Positions 9,921-21,936 of a stretch of DNA of 64,000 nucleotides are shown here, one piece after another. The notes beneath the pieces are model-generated. The model had not been told where the DNA came from. It worked only from the letters and a program-made list of their open reading frames with translations, and ran no database searches. Both the position numbers and the translations under genes were made by a program. Position 1 is the stretch's first letter. Each line of letters starts with the position of its first letter. Source of the stretch: an uncultured Pseudomonadales bacterium (GTDB taxonomy: Bacteria > Patescibacteriota > Microgenomatia > UBA1400 > MFAQ01); assembly GCA_964357975.1 (NCBI GenBank), contig CAYHNG010000005.1, positions 1,031 through 65,030 on the forward strand, read 5' to 3'.

Positions 9921-11638
9921 AATTTGATTTGAGGTATTTTACCCCTTTGAATATCTGTTGTCAAGTTATGGGCTATGCTGTGCCTGCAGGCGGTGATGAA
10001 GGCGAGAAAAATGGGGTGTGGTGTAATAGGTCGAGCAATGTATTCCGGGTGGAATTGGGTGCCAACAAAAAATGGGTGATTGGGTAGTTCGATAGATTCC
10101 ACCAATTGCCCATCTGGAGAAAGGCCGCTGATAATTAGCCCGGCATTTTCTAGCTGTTCTCGATACTCGTTATTAAACTCATAACGGTGGCGATGTCTTT
10201 CGTAGATGATGGATTTGTTTTGGAAATCGTTACCTTTGAACCAGGGAGAAGTTTTGTCGGTGGAGTATTTTTTGTAGGCGTTTTTGATCTTGGTGCCATC
10301 TTGTAAAATGGTCGGCCAAGAGCCCAGTCGAATGGTCCCGCCATACTGTTTTTTGGCTAGGTACTCCACTTGTGTCGGCATAACGTGGATGACCGGGTGC
10401 GCGGTCTGCGGGTCGGCTTCGGTGGAATTGGCTCCTTTGAGATGCACTACATTGCGGGCAAACTCAATGACCGCCATTTGCATGCCAAAACATAATCCCA
10501 AATAGGGAATTTTTTTCTCTCGGGCTTGTCTCACCGCTTGTAGCTTACCTTCTGTTCCCCTACTCCCCCACCCTTGTGGGACAATAATTCCGTCATAAAG
10601 ACTTAAATCAATATTTTTCTTTTCCATGTCTTCACTATCGATCCAGTCCAGAACCGGTCTGACCCCATGTGACCAGGAAGCCTGTTTAAGAGCTTCGATG
10701 ACCGAAATGTATGAATCGGTGAGTTTGTAATCTCCGGTAGCGAAGTATTTACCAACCATAGCAATCCTCACTTCTTGTTTTGTTTGATGGCTGAGTAAAG
10801 CAAACTTTTTCCATGCGGATAAAAGATGGTCTTTTTTGGTCTTTAAATGTAACTTGCGAGCAATTTTTTCTCCAAATTTTTGTTTAGACATGTATTCGGG
10901 TACGTCATAGACACTGTCCAGATCGGGGGCGCCAATAATGTCCTCATCTTGTAGATTGCAGAAAGTGGCCAGCTTCTCTTTGCGTTTTTGGTCGATTTCC
11001 TTTTCACTTCTGGCTACCAAAAAATCCGGTTGAATTCCCATAGCGTTTAAGAGGTGGGTGGATTGCTGGGCAGGTTTACTTTTTAATTCACCGATATTTT
11101 TTAAGAAAGGCAGGTAGGTGACATGAATTTGCAGAACGTCTTTCGGCTGACGGAGTTTAAGGATACGACTGGCTTCGAAGAAAATTCCGTTTTGATACTC
11201 CCCCACTGTACCTCCGAGTTCTACAATGACTACTTTGGCATGAGTTTTTTTGCCGGCGCTTTCCAGTCGGTGGATAATTTCGTCGGTGACGTGATGGACC
11301 GCTTCAACATCTTCTCCACCATAGCCAAAAGCTCTTTCTCGATCGATCACGGTTTTGTATATTTGGCCTGTGGTTAGATAGTTATCTCGTAATAAGGACT
11401 CTCCGGTAAATCGTTCGTAGTTGCCTAGATCTTGGTCGGTTTCCAGGCCATCTTCGGTAACAAAAGCCTCTCCGTGCTCTTGTGGACGAATGGTACCAGC
11501 ATCGACATTGAGATACATATCGATTTTTACATTGGTTATCGCGATACCCAGATTCTTTAACAAGAGACCAATACTGGCTGAAGCAATCCCCTTCCCCAGC
11601 CCACTAACCACTCCACCGGAAACGAAAATATATTTCAT
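9905..11638 (-). CDS. pyrG: CTP synthase
   Basis: N-terminus MKYIFVSGGVVSGLGKGIASASIG. Glutamine amidotransferase class I C-domain with GLCFGMQ active-site Cys. An in-frame upstream ATG at 11665 is the alternative start. Confidence 0.93.
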   Translation of the reverse strand: MKYIFVSGGVVSGLGKGIASASIGLLLKNLGIAITNVKIDMYLNVDAGTIRPQEHGEAFVTEDGLETDQDLGNYERFTGESLLRDNYLTTGQIYKTVIDRERAFGYGGEDVEAVHHVTDEIIHRLESAGKKTHAKVVIVELGGTVGEYQNGIFFEASRILKLRQPKDVLQIHVTYLPFLKNIGELKSKPAQQSTHLLNAMGIQPDFLVARSEKEIDQKRKEKLATFCNLQDEDIIGAPDLDSVYDVPEYMSKQKFGEKIARKLHLKTKKDHLLSAWKKFALLSHQTKQEVRIAMVGKYFATGDYKLTDSYISVIEALKQASWSHGVRPVLDWIDSEDMEKKNIDLSLYDGIIVPQGWGSRGTEGKLQAVRQAREKKIPYLGLCFGMQMAVIEFARNVVHLKGANSTEADPQTAHPVIHVMPTQVEYLAKKQYGGTIRLGSWPTILQDGTKIKNAYKKYSTDKTSPWFKGNDFQNKSIIYERHRHRYEFNNEYREQLENAGLIISGLSPDGQLVESIELPNHPFFVGTQFHPEYIARPITPHPIFLAFITACRHSIAHNLTTDIQRGKIPQIKFWRLP

Positions 11639-11698
11639 TAAGTAATAATGGGCGGCATTATCCACAAAAACAAGACCTATCTTTTTTTCTGTTACAAT

Positions 11699-12229
11699 TT
11701 ATTCTGGTCGTTGGCCCTCGAAATCCTGGATTTTTTCGACAATTTGGTCAATGATTTTTTCGTTTTCATCAAACATAAAGCTGGCTTTCACTTTAGATCC
11801 TCCTAAAATTATTGGAAACCAGATTTCGTCATCCCACCACATGTCTTGGTATGGAATATCATCATATTTGAACCATTGAGGTTTCATCTCTTCTGTTTCT
11901 TGAGGTTTGTGAATCCATTGTCGACAGATATAAACATGGACCTGTTGATGGAGACCCCTGCCTTCTAGATTGTAGGGATGATAGAAGTTGATGATACCGA
12001 CCTGCTCAAGGTTCAGTGGCGTAACTCCGATTTCTTCTTGTGTCTCTCTAATGGCAGCGTCAATTATCTTTTCACTTTCGTTTGCCTTTCCTCCTACGCC
12101 ATTCCATTTTCCCACTCCAAATCCTCTCTTTTTCATGGCCAAAAGAATTTGATTGTCTCTCAATAAAAGAGTCAGAGTGACTTGACGCAATGGTTCTGTG
12201 AGAGTGGGTTCGTATTCCTTGATGTTCAC
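11699..12229 (-). CDS. NUDIX hydrolase (MutT-like)
   Basis: Nudix box GGKANESEKIIDAAIRETQEEIGV (GX5EX7REUXEEXGU). Confidence 0.8.
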   Translation of the reverse strand: MNIKEYEPTLTEPLRQVTLTLLLRDNQILLAMKKRGFGVGKWNGVGGKANESEKIIDAAIRETQEEIGVTPLNLEQVGIINFYHPYNLEGRGLHQQVHVYICRQWIHKPQETEEMKPQWFKYDDIPYQDMWWDDEIWFPIILGGSKVKASFMFDENEKIIDQIVEKIQDFEGQRPE

Positions 12230-12230
12230 A

Positions 12231-14858
12231 CTATTCCTCTTCAGATTCGGAGATGACGGTGACGGCGACGATGCTATCTCCTTCTTTAGCGAAGCGCATT
12301 AGAATAACACCCTGTGTGGCGCGTCCGAGTCTTGGAATGTTGCGTACCGGAAGTTTAATGGCCTGGCCCTGTGAAGTAGTAATAAGAACTACCTCCGAGT
12401 CTTGGTCGACCAATAGAGCTCCGGCAATTTTGCCTGTCTTATCGGCCGTTTCACTAACCTTTAACCCCTGTCCGGAACGATTCTGAACTGGATATTCCGG
12501 TAGTGGTGTTCGTTTGCCCATACCTTTTTCGGTAACTACCAAGAGATCACGGAAGAGCTTTACCCTTTTGTCGGAAGAAATGGGTTCGGTTTCGGCAAAT
12601 GATTCCATAGAGATAATGTAATCATCCCCTTTGAGGAGTATACCGCGGACTCCCATAGTGTCTCTGTCTGTAGGACGAACATCGCCTTCTTGGAAGCGAA
12701 TGGACTTTCCGTCGCGGCTAACCAGGAGAATGTGATCACTGCCGGATGTTTTGTTTACCCAGACCAAACTGTCTTGATCGGTCAGCTTAATAGCGATTAA
12801 GCCATTACTTTTGATATTTTCGTATTTACTGAGGACGGTTCGTTTGACAATACCTTTCTTGGTAGTGAAGAATAGACAGTCATTCTTATTGATCTGTGAT
12901 GAGAGGGGAAGAATCGACTGTATCGTTTCGTCGGTATCGATGTTGATCAAATTAATGATGGCCTGACCTTTACTAATGCGACTGCCTTCAGGTAGTTCCC
13001 AGACCTTAAGTGAAAATACTTTTCCCTTACTGGAGAAGACCAAGAGACGGTCGTGGGTGTTGGCGTTAGTTAGGAGGTGAATTTCGTCGGTATCTTTGAT
13101 GGTCATACCGGACACTCCTTTCCCTCCTCTTTTTTGGGTTTTGAAAGTGGCCAAAGGCATTCGTTTGATGTAACCGGACTTGGTAAGAGCCACAATAGTT
13201 TCTTCGGCGGGAATGAGATCCTCTTCCGAGAAGGTGCCGGGTGCATTGGACACGATCTTGGTTTTTCTTTTTTCCGGATAGTCTATAGCCAGTTTGGTGA
13301 TTTCATCCTTGATGATTTGAAGAACTTCTTTGGGATCTTTGAGAATGGAAACGAGTCGTTCGATCTGTTTCTTGAGTTCTTGGTACTCGGCCTCGATCTT
13401 TTGTCTTTCCAATGCGGCCAGTTTTCTGAGCTGCATGTCTAAGATAGCGATCGATTGAATTTCCGAAAGACCAAACTTGGACATGAGGTTTGTTTTGGCG
13501 GTTTCGCTATCGGGACTCTTTTTGATGGTTTCAATGACTTCATCAATGTTGCTAAGGGCAATAAGTAGTCCTTCCAAAATGTGGGCGCGGTCTTGGGCTG
13601 TTTTAAGTTCAAACTGACTGCGTCTGACGATTACTCCTTGTCGGTGAACGGTGTACTCCATTAAAATTTGTTTGAGGTTCAAGAGATGAGGAGTTCCGTC
13701 TGAAGTTAGAGCTACGACGTTGGCCGGAAAACTCGTCTGTAACTCAGTAAATTTATAGAGATTGTTTAAAACGCTTTTGGGCTTGGCGTCTTTTTTAAGA
13801 TCGACGGCGACGGTCATACCCTTGCGGTCAGATTCGTCCCTGAGGTCTGCAATGCCGTCCAGTCTTTTCTTTTTTACCAGTTCGGCGATGTTCGTGATGA
13901 GCTTGGCTTTGTTTACTTGATATGGTAGTTCGGTAATGAGAATTTGGAAACGCCCATTCTTCTTCTCGACAATTTCGGCGACTCCCCGAACAATAATACT
14001 GGCTTTACCGGTGGCATAAAGTTTTTTGATCTCGTTCGTATCATAAATAATTCCGGCTGTCGGGAAGTCCGGTCCCTTGATGTGTTGGCATAGATCATCA
14101 ATTTCTACAGAGGACTCAAGAGATCCAATTAAATCACGATATGGAGCCGAAACGAGCTGGTCGTCGGCATATTGCTTGGTGACTGTCGCGTTACTTCTAT
14201 CGATTAAAGCTTTGATGGCATCGACTACTTCCAGCAGGTTGTGCGGTGGAATCTTGGTAGCCATACCGACAGCGATACCGTCCGAACCCATAAGTAAGAG
14301 ATTGGGTAGCTTGGCCGGTAAAACAGTGGGCTCTTGCTGGGAACCGTCAAAGTTGTCAACTAAATCGACCGTTCTTTTGTCAATATCTTCAAGTGCTTCA
14401 CCGGCGATCTTACTCAAACGAGCTTCGGTATAACGCATGGCGGCAGCGGAGTCACCGTCAACGGATCCAAAATTACCCTGACCATCAATGAGTGGATAGC
14501 GCATGGAAAAGGTCTGAGCCAGACGGACCATGGTTTGATAAACCGCTTGATCGCCGTGAGGATGATATTTCCCTAAAACTTCTCCGACAATACGAGCAGA
14601 CTTTTTGTAAGCACTTTTGTGGGTAAGACCCATCTCTTTCATGGCGAAAAGAATGCGACGATGAACCGGCTTGAGACCATCGCGAACGTCGGGAAGGGCG
14701 CGGGCGACGATCACCGACATGGCATAGTCCAAATAGGACCGTTCCATTTCTTCAATGATCGGTGTGGTTCTAATTAGACCCCATTGTGTTTGTTCGTCCG
14801 GTACGGGGACGGAGGTGGTGGTTTCTTGTTCCGGGTCTAGGTTTTGATTTTCGTCCAT
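12231..14858 (-). CDS. gyrA: DNA gyrase subunit A
   Basis: [28 protein letters not shown] catalytic-Tyr region. C-terminal beta-pinwheel repeats. 875 aa. Confidence 0.95.
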   Translation of the reverse strand: MDENQNLDPEQETTTSVPVPDEQTQWGLIRTTPIIEEMERSYLDYAMSVIVARALPDVRDGLKPVHRRILFAMKEMGLTHKSAYKKSARIVGEVLGKYHPHGDQAVYQTMVRLAQTFSMRYPLIDGQGNFGSVDGDSAAAMRYTEARLSKIAGEALEDIDKRTVDLVDNFDGSQQEPTVLPAKLPNLLLMGSDGIAVGMATKIPPHNLLEVVDAIKALIDRSNATVTKQYADDQLVSAPYRDLIGSLESSVEIDDLCQHIKGPDFPTAGIIYDTNEIKKLYATGKASIIVRGVAEIVEKKNGRFQILITELPYQVNKAKLITNIAELVKKKRLDGIADLRDESDRKGMTVAVDLKKDAKPKSVLNNLYKFTELQTSFPANVVALTSDGTPHLLNLKQILMEYTVHRQGVIVRRSQFELKTAQDRAHILEGLLIALSNIDEVIETIKKSPDSETAKTNLMSKFGLSEIQSIAILDMQLRKLAALERQKIEAEYQELKKQIERLVSILKDPKEVLQIIKDEITKLAIDYPEKRKTKIVSNAPGTFSEEDLIPAEETIVALTKSGYIKRMPLATFKTQKRGGKGVSGMTIKDTDEIHLLTNANTHDRLLVFSSKGKVFSLKVWELPEGSRISKGQAIINLINIDTDETIQSILPLSSQINKNDCLFFTTKKGIVKRTVLSKYENIKSNGLIAIKLTDQDSLVWVNKTSGSDHILLVSRDGKSIRFQEGDVRPTDRDTMGVRGILLKGDDYIISMESFAETEPISSDKRVKLFRDLLVVTEKGMGKRTPLPEYPVQNRSGQGLKVSETADKTGKIAGALLVDQDSEVVLITTSQGQAIKLPVRNIPRLGRATQGVILMRFAKEGDSIVAVTVISESEEE

Positions 14859-14867
14859 GTGTTTTAT

Positions 14868-15803
14868 TTATTGTGTTAAAGCTTTTTCGATGGCGGGAGC
14901 GATATCTTTTTTGCGGGACATTTTGGCACCAATGTCGAGAAGATTTTCTTGGACGGTACCACCGAAAGCCTTTTGGATTAAATCGATCTCCCCTGCGCCA
15001 CCGACTAATAATTTGGTGTTAACTTTTAGAATATTGGTTACAGCTAAGATAATGAAATCGACAGCCTCCCTCTCTTTAATTAATTGAAGTGCGGATAAAA
15101 GACCCTGTTTTCTGGTAGAAAGTAACAGGCCTTGTTCAACAGTTTCAAGTTGGCCAATTAGAACTTTTTTCCCGAAATCAAAAATTTTAAAATCATTAAG
15201 GACAGCCTGCTCGTCTGTTAAAGAAGATACGTTTGACTTTTCTTTAAATATTTCGAGTGTTAACGATTCGATATCAATAATCCCCGTAATCTCGGCGAGA
15301 TTTTTGACAGCTGTTCTGTCGGTCTCGGTTGTGGTCGAGGATTTTAGGCCAACAGTGTCCGAAAGAATGGCCGTGAGCATTAGTTTGGCTGTATCCTGAG
15401 GAATCGTAAAATTATTTTGCTTAAACAATTTCCAAGCAATGGTGTTTGATGACCCCAGTGGAAGAACTACAATTTCAATGGGGTGAGTCAGGTTTAGATA
15501 AACGGTATGATGATCGTAAATAGCAATTATTTGTTCCTGATTGATGCCTGAAATTCTTTGATCGGTTTCGTTGTGGTCTACGAGGATAATTTTATCCTCA
15601 GGTGTAATCGTCTCAGCGGTTAACTGCTGTGGAAGTGGAAAACCGAATTTATTAAAAACAAATTTTGTTTCCGGATTCGCATCGCCGTTCATCGCCGGAA
15701 CAACGTCAATATCCCCAAGGAGTTTCCGGAATTCCGCGAAGGAAATTGCCGCGACGACGGAGTCGAGGTCTGGTTTGATATGGCCAAAGACGTAAGTTTT
15801 CAT
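14868..15803 (-). CDS. ppaC: manganese-dependent inorganic pyrophosphatase (family II, DHH)
   Basis: N-terminus MKTYVFGHIKPDLDS (DHH motif I), DHH motif YDHH, DHHA2 C-domain. 311 aa. Confidence 0.85.
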   Translation of the reverse strand: MKTYVFGHIKPDLDSVVAAISFAEFRKLLGDIDVVPAMNGDANPETKFVFNKFGFPLPQQLTAETITPEDKIILVDHNETDQRISGINQEQIIAIYDHHTVYLNLTHPIEIVVLPLGSSNTIAWKLFKQNNFTIPQDTAKLMLTAILSDTVGLKSSTTTETDRTAVKNLAEITGIIDIESLTLEIFKEKSNVSSLTDEQAVLNDFKIFDFGKKVLIGQLETVEQGLLLSTRKQGLLSALQLIKEREAVDFIILAVTNILKVNTKLLVGGAGEIDLIQKAFGGTVQENLLDIGAKMSRKKDIAPAIEKALTQ

Positions 15804-15887
15804 GTAAATATTTTAGATTTTAAATTGTATATTTTTTATTAAGTTGGTGGAGGGAGATTCCTCCACTTTGGTCGGAATGACGATTAA

Positions 15888-17882
<1,995 letters not shown>

Positions 17883-17953
17883 TTATATTTAAGATTTTAC
17901 TTTGTACATTTAGTGAAACACGCGCGGGTTCATTTTAACTCATGCTTTAGAAT

Positions 17954-18595
17954 ATGTATATGTTACCAAAAATAACCGTAGGTTTTTTTGACGAGAAAAA
18001 GGAGTTACTCTCCAAATTATCTTTGGAGGATAATCTGGTAATGGGTTTTGAGGGGGCGGAGGCAAAGCTAGACGATCTGAGAGCATGGATATACTCGGGA
18101 ATAAATATTCTCACCACAACACCCAAGTACTCGATGATAATTTGGAACGCCGATAAAATGAGTCCCGAGTGCCAGGCTGTACTACTGAAACCAATGGAGG
18201 AGCTGGGTGATCGGATGAATCTAATTTTGGTTGTCGAAAATGAAAACCAACTCTTAGCGACGATCTTATCCAGAGGAATTGTTGAGTACCACAACAAAGC
18301 TTTTTCTCCGGCAGAAGGATGTTGGGATGAAATCAGAAAGTGTTGGAGTAGTGGTCCGGCGGCCTGCATCGCCTTTGTGGACCAGTTAGACAAAGAAGAG
18401 GCCGTGCCGGTAATGGAAGAAATTGTCAGAAAACTGCAGGCCAGCTTTCTCAGCGAAATAACCTCCAAACGGTTATCGATTTTGGATTTGGCCATCAACT
18501 GTTTGGCTGAACTAAAACAAACTAATATTAACCAAAAATTATCATTTGATAACTTTTTGATTGCTTCCTGGAGGATTATTAAATCCACGCAATAG
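17954..18595 (+). CDS. DNA polymerase III delta'-like clamp-loader subunit (degenerate, no P-loop)
   Basis: IIWNADKMSPECQAVLLKPMEE...LILVVENENQLLATILSRG aligns with the HolB region VVWVTDAALLTDAAANALLKTLEEPP...LATLRSRC. No GxxGxGK Walker A. Only 213 aa. Confidence 0.5.
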   Translation: MYMLPKITVGFFDEKKELLSKLSLEDNLVMGFEGAEAKLDDLRAWIYSGINILTTTPKYSMIIWNADKMSPECQAVLLKPMEELGDRMNLILVVENENQLLATILSRGIVEYHNKAFSPAEGCWDEIRKCWSSGPAACIAFVDQLDKEEAVPVMEEIVRKLQASFLSEITSKRLSILDLAINCLAELKQTNINQKLSFDNFLIASWRIIKSTQ

Positions 18596-18649
18596 CCAAT
18601 CTTGTTAACCTTCAAGGCCTGGCCTTGAAGGCGTGTATAATTGTGACAA

Positions 18650-19345
18650 ATGCCACAGAAAAATAGTCGTAAAGAATACGGAGCTGGTGGCTATTATCAT
18701 ATTTACAATCGTGGTGTTGAGAAACGAGATATTTTTCTAGACGAACAAGACTATAAAGTCTTTCTCGGATATATGAAGTTTTACCTAGAACCTCCCGACC
18801 TTCAAGGCCAGGCCTTGAAGGATCCAGAAGGCAAGGTTATTTCTCCTTCGAGAGAACCAAAGAACTATTCTTCTCAAATCGAGTTACTGTCTTATTGCTT
18901 GATGCCAAATCACTTTCATTTACTAATTAAACAATCTACCAATAGAGGCATAGCGGAATTTATGCAATCTTTGGTGCTTAAATACGTTTTGTACTTCAAC
19001 AAGAAATACAAAAGGGTTGGGGGTTTGTTTCAGGGAAGGTATAAAACTGTTTTGATTGAGACGGAGGAACAATTTGTTTACGTTTCAAAATATATTCATC
19101 GGAACCCGATCGATCTTTTAACTTCACCTTCAAGGCCTGGCCTTGAAGGTGTTGAAGGTATCTGTGAGTATAAATATTCGAGTTGTGGTAATTATGTAGG
19201 CTTGTTCAGTCAGAACTGGGTTAAGCCACAGGAAATAAGCTCTTACTTTAAGAAGATTAAGCGTAATTCTAGCTATAGATCTTTTGTTGAGGAAGCAAGT
19301 GGTTTAACAAAAGTGTACTTTGAGATGATAGATTTAGAACAATAA
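18650..19345 (+). CDS. IS200-like / REP-associated tyrosine (Y1 HUH) transposase
   Basis: Y1_Tnp hallmarks: YHIYNRG...IFLDEQDY, HUH motif MPNHFHLL, catalytic Tyr region RYK...YIHRNP. 231 aa. Confidence 0.8.
   Translation: MPQKNSRKEYGAGGYYHIYNRGVEKRDIFLDEQDYKVFLGYMKFYLEPPDLQGQALKDPEGKVISPSREPKNYSSQIELLSYCLMPNHFHLLIKQSTNRGIAEFMQSLVLKYVLYFNKKYKRVGGLFQGRYKTVLIETEEQFVYVSKYIHRNPIDLLTSPSRPGLEGVEGICEYKYSSCGNYVGLFSQNWVKPQEISSYFKKIKRNSSYRSFVEEASGLTKVYFEMIDLEQ
18799..18821. repeat. 23-bp perfect palindrome inside RAYT-1 CDS (encodes LQGQAL)
   Basis: CCTTCAAGGCCAGGCCTTGAAGG, in frame. Confidence 0.9.
19127..19149. repeat. 23-bp perfect palindrome inside RAYT-1 CDS (second internal copy)
   Basis: CCTTCAAGGCCTGGCCTTGAAGG, in frame (SRPGLEG). 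Confidence 0.9.
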
Positions 19346-19432
19346 TTTCTCTCTGCACGGTTTGCATTTCTTGAGATGGAGCCTGTCCTTCAAGGCCAGG
19401 CCTCGAAGGTGACTATATGAGAAGTGTCACCG

Positions 19433-20089
19433 TTATTGACGCATTAACGTGTTTAGGACGAAGAGGGCTTCAGTTTCATTTCGTGTGCAGTAGGATTTGC
19501 CACCGAGCGACTCAAAAAGTTCGCAGGTGGTTTGGCTGTCATCAATGATAGTGCTGTTTTCGATACTGGATCCTAAATTAGCAATTGTAGTGAGGAAGTA
19601 TTCCCCATTATTGTCTTTTTTTAAAGTTCCAATCTCGTACGAGCATTGAATCTCATCAAACGATTGGGTCAATACGGGATTGGCTGGGATGGTTAAACGC
19701 CGCAGTGAGTCCATGTTATCTGTTCTTAAAATGCAGTACCATTTTTTTCTAAGCGTTTGAACATTATTAAGAATTGGAAAGGAAATATCAATTTTTTGAC
19801 AATCTGTACAAAAGAGGTCAAATAGACTTTGATATGGGGCACCTGTTTTTGCGGCTATTAACTGGTGAATCTGCTCACTAGTATATTTGCCCCGCATCCA
19901 ATCATCCACCAACCCGGTAATCTTGGTTTCACCCACAAACAAAAAGTCTTCGATAGAATCGTAATAAGAATTGAGAGGATGAGTCTGGTTGCGAATACTG
20001 TCCCAAAAAGTATTATAAGAAATGACGCCGTTAAAATCGACGAAAAGGATCTTTTTGGGAAACGTTTGGTCTTTTTTTTCAACTTTCAT
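19433..20089 (-). CDS. HAD-like hydrolase fold protein (degenerate motif I)
   Basis: ILFVDFNGVIS (DxNxV in place of DxDxT), later IIDDS motif-IV-like. 218 aa. Tentative. Confidence 0.35.
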   Translation of the reverse strand: MKVEKKDQTFPKKILFVDFNGVISYNTFWDSIRNQTHPLNSYYDSIEDFLFVGETKITGLVDDWMRGKYTSEQIHQLIAAKTGAPYQSLFDLFCTDCQKIDISFPILNNVQTLRKKWYCILRTDNMDSLRRLTIPANPVLTQSFDEIQCSYEIGTLKKDNNGEYFLTTIANLGSSIENSTIIDDSQTTCELFESLGGKSYCTRNETEALFVLNTLMRQ

Positions 20090-20160
20090 GATGGTTGATT
20101 ATTGTTGTACTATTCAAACAGGTCCAGGTCAAGAAGGGAGAAATTTGCTATAGTTAAGAT

Positions 20161-21921
20161 ATGGATTATCAGGACAAGGCTTTGTTGGATTTTTTGATTT
20201 CATCCGGTAGATTGGATGCCGAGAAGGCGGAGGGTCTCAAGGTGGAAGCGTTGACCACAGGGAAAAAATTGTCCGAGTTACTGATGGAAAGAGGAATTAT
20301 CGGTGAGGAAGATTTGTCTCAAGCGAGAGCCAAGATTCTGAATATCCCCTATTTTTCGGAAAGCAAGATTTCAATTAGTCCGGAATTGTTGTCGCTTGTA
20401 TCGGTAGATTTGGCCAAGAGCTATGGAGTGATACCCTTTGAACTGGATAAGGAGGCCGGAGTGTTGAGTATGATTATGGTCAAGCCGGAGGAGCTGTCCA
20501 CGGTGGATTTCTTCCAAAAAAGAACCGGGTATAAGATCAAGTCTTTTTTAACCTCGAAGGCCAATTTTGATGTGTTGTTAACTAATGTCTACAGTCAAAG
20601 CTTGTCCGGAGAGATTTCCGGAGTTCTGAAACGGGGAAAAGAACAATCGGAAGAATCCGGAATTAGATTGGTGACGGCCGATACAATTTCGCAAATAATT
20701 AAGGAGCCAAAAATTGTTGAAATCGTCAGAAAAATATTAAAACACGCGATTCGGCTAAGAGCTTCCGATGTACATATCGAGCCGCAAGAAAATATCACCC
20801 GAGTGAGATACCGAATTGATGGTATTTTGGAAGAAAAGTTGACTTTGGATAAAGACTATCATGCCGCATTGGTTTCCCGTATCAAAATTCTGAGCGGCAT
20901 GAAAATTGATGAAAAAAGAATTCCTCAGGATGGACGTTTTAATTTTAGTTCGGAGTACGGTGAAGTGGACCTACGTATTTCCTCTCTTCCAACCGTAAAT
21001 GGAGAAAAAATCGTGATGCGACTTCTTAAGAAATCCGAGAAGGTTCCAACGTTATCGGAGCTGGGAATTAGGGCGAAAGCATTGGCCACGTTGGAAGAGG
21101 CCATTCACATTCCACACGGTATTATCTTGGCGACCGGTCCTACCGGATCCGGTAAAACCACTACTCTGTATTCTCTCCTGACAATGATCAATAGTCCGAA
21201 GGTAAACATTGTGACCTTGGAGGATCCGGTTGAGTACCAAATGAATGGTGTCAATCAGGTCCAGGTAAATCCACAAGCCGGTTTGACTTTTGCTTCCGGA
21301 CTGCGTTCATTTCTCCGTCAAGATCCCAATATCATCATGGTGGGTGAAATTCGTGATGAAGAAACGGCCCAACTGGCGATTCAGGCGTCACTCACGGGAC
21401 ATTTGGTGTTTTCCACGGTTCACACAAACTCTTCTTCCGGCGCACTGCCTCGTTTGTTAGATATGGGCGCCGAACCCTTTTTGCTGGCATCTTCGATGAC
21501 GGCGGCCATAGGGCAACGTGTTTTGAGAAAGATCTGTGATAACTGCAAACAGGCTTATGTACCGGAGCAGTCCGTGGTGGAGGACGTACAGCAAGTTTTG
21601 GGTAAAATGCTTGATGGTTGGCTCAAGTCCAGCTCCGACAAAACAACTCAGGTGAAGCAGAACAATGTACCCTTTATGCTTTATAAGGGGGCGGGTTGTG
21701 AAAAGTGCGGAGACTCGGGATATTTTGGGAGAATGGGAATTTATGAAGTGTTGAGAATTTCGGAAAAGATTGCCCGACTAATTTTGGAACGGGCTGATGC
21801 CGCAACAATTGAAAAGCAAGCTATGGAAGACGGTATGATAATTATGAAGCAAGACGGGTACCTGAAAGTTCTTGAAGGGATCACGACTCTTGAAGAAGTT
21901 ATTAGAGTGGCTCAAGTATAA
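20161..21921 (+). CDS. pilB: type IV pilus assembly ATPase PilB (GspE family)
   Basis: N-terminal T2SSE_N domain. Walker A ILATGPTGSGKTTTLYS. Asp box, His box. Tetracysteine CDNC...CEKCGDSG. Confidence 0.9.
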   Translation: MDYQDKALLDFLISSGRLDAEKAEGLKVEALTTGKKLSELLMERGIIGEEDLSQARAKILNIPYFSESKISISPELLSLVSVDLAKSYGVIPFELDKEAGVLSMIMVKPEELSTVDFFQKRTGYKIKSFLTSKANFDVLLTNVYSQSLSGEISGVLKRGKEQSEESGIRLVTADTISQIIKEPKIVEIVRKILKHAIRLRASDVHIEPQENITRVRYRIDGILEEKLTLDKDYHAALVSRIKILSGMKIDEKRIPQDGRFNFSSEYGEVDLRISSLPTVNGEKIVMRLLKKSEKVPTLSELGIRAKALATLEEAIHIPHGIILATGPTGSGKTTTLYSLLTMINSPKVNIVTLEDPVEYQMNGVNQVQVNPQAGLTFASGLRSFLRQDPNIIMVGEIRDEETAQLAIQASLTGHLVFSTVHTNSSSGALPRLLDMGAEPFLLASSMTAAIGQRVLRKICDNCKQAYVPEQSVVEDVQQVLGKMLDGWLKSSSDKTTQVKQNNVPFMLYKGAGCEKCGDSGYFGRMGIYEVLRISEKIARLILERADAATIEKQAMEDGMIIMKQDGYLKVLEGITTLEEVIRVAQV

Positions 21922-21936
21922 ATATATAACCACAAT

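Larger units (their letters stand above)
18609..19409 (+). mobile_element. IS200/IS605-like (RAYT-type) Y1 transposase unit bounded by cognate 23-bp palindromes
   Basis: Perfect palindrome CCTTCAAGGCC(T/A)GGCCTTGAAGG at 18609-18631 (left, perfect) and 19387-19409 (right, one mismatch), plus two in-frame internal copies. Encloses the Y1 transposase gene. Confidence 0.55.

Noticed and set aside
12253-14433. Several 60-120 aa ORFs inside gyrA, and similar ones inside gyrB, pyrG, recG and PBP1A
   Set aside because: They are nested or antisense within long, confidently identified genes and carry no independent signals.
17947-18615. 222-aa minus-strand ORF antisense to the delta'-like gene
   Set aside because: The plus-strand frame gives a recognisable clamp-loader alignment and sits divergent from gyrB with a sensible promoter gap. 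The minus frame has no recognisable motifs and is treated as a shadow ORF.
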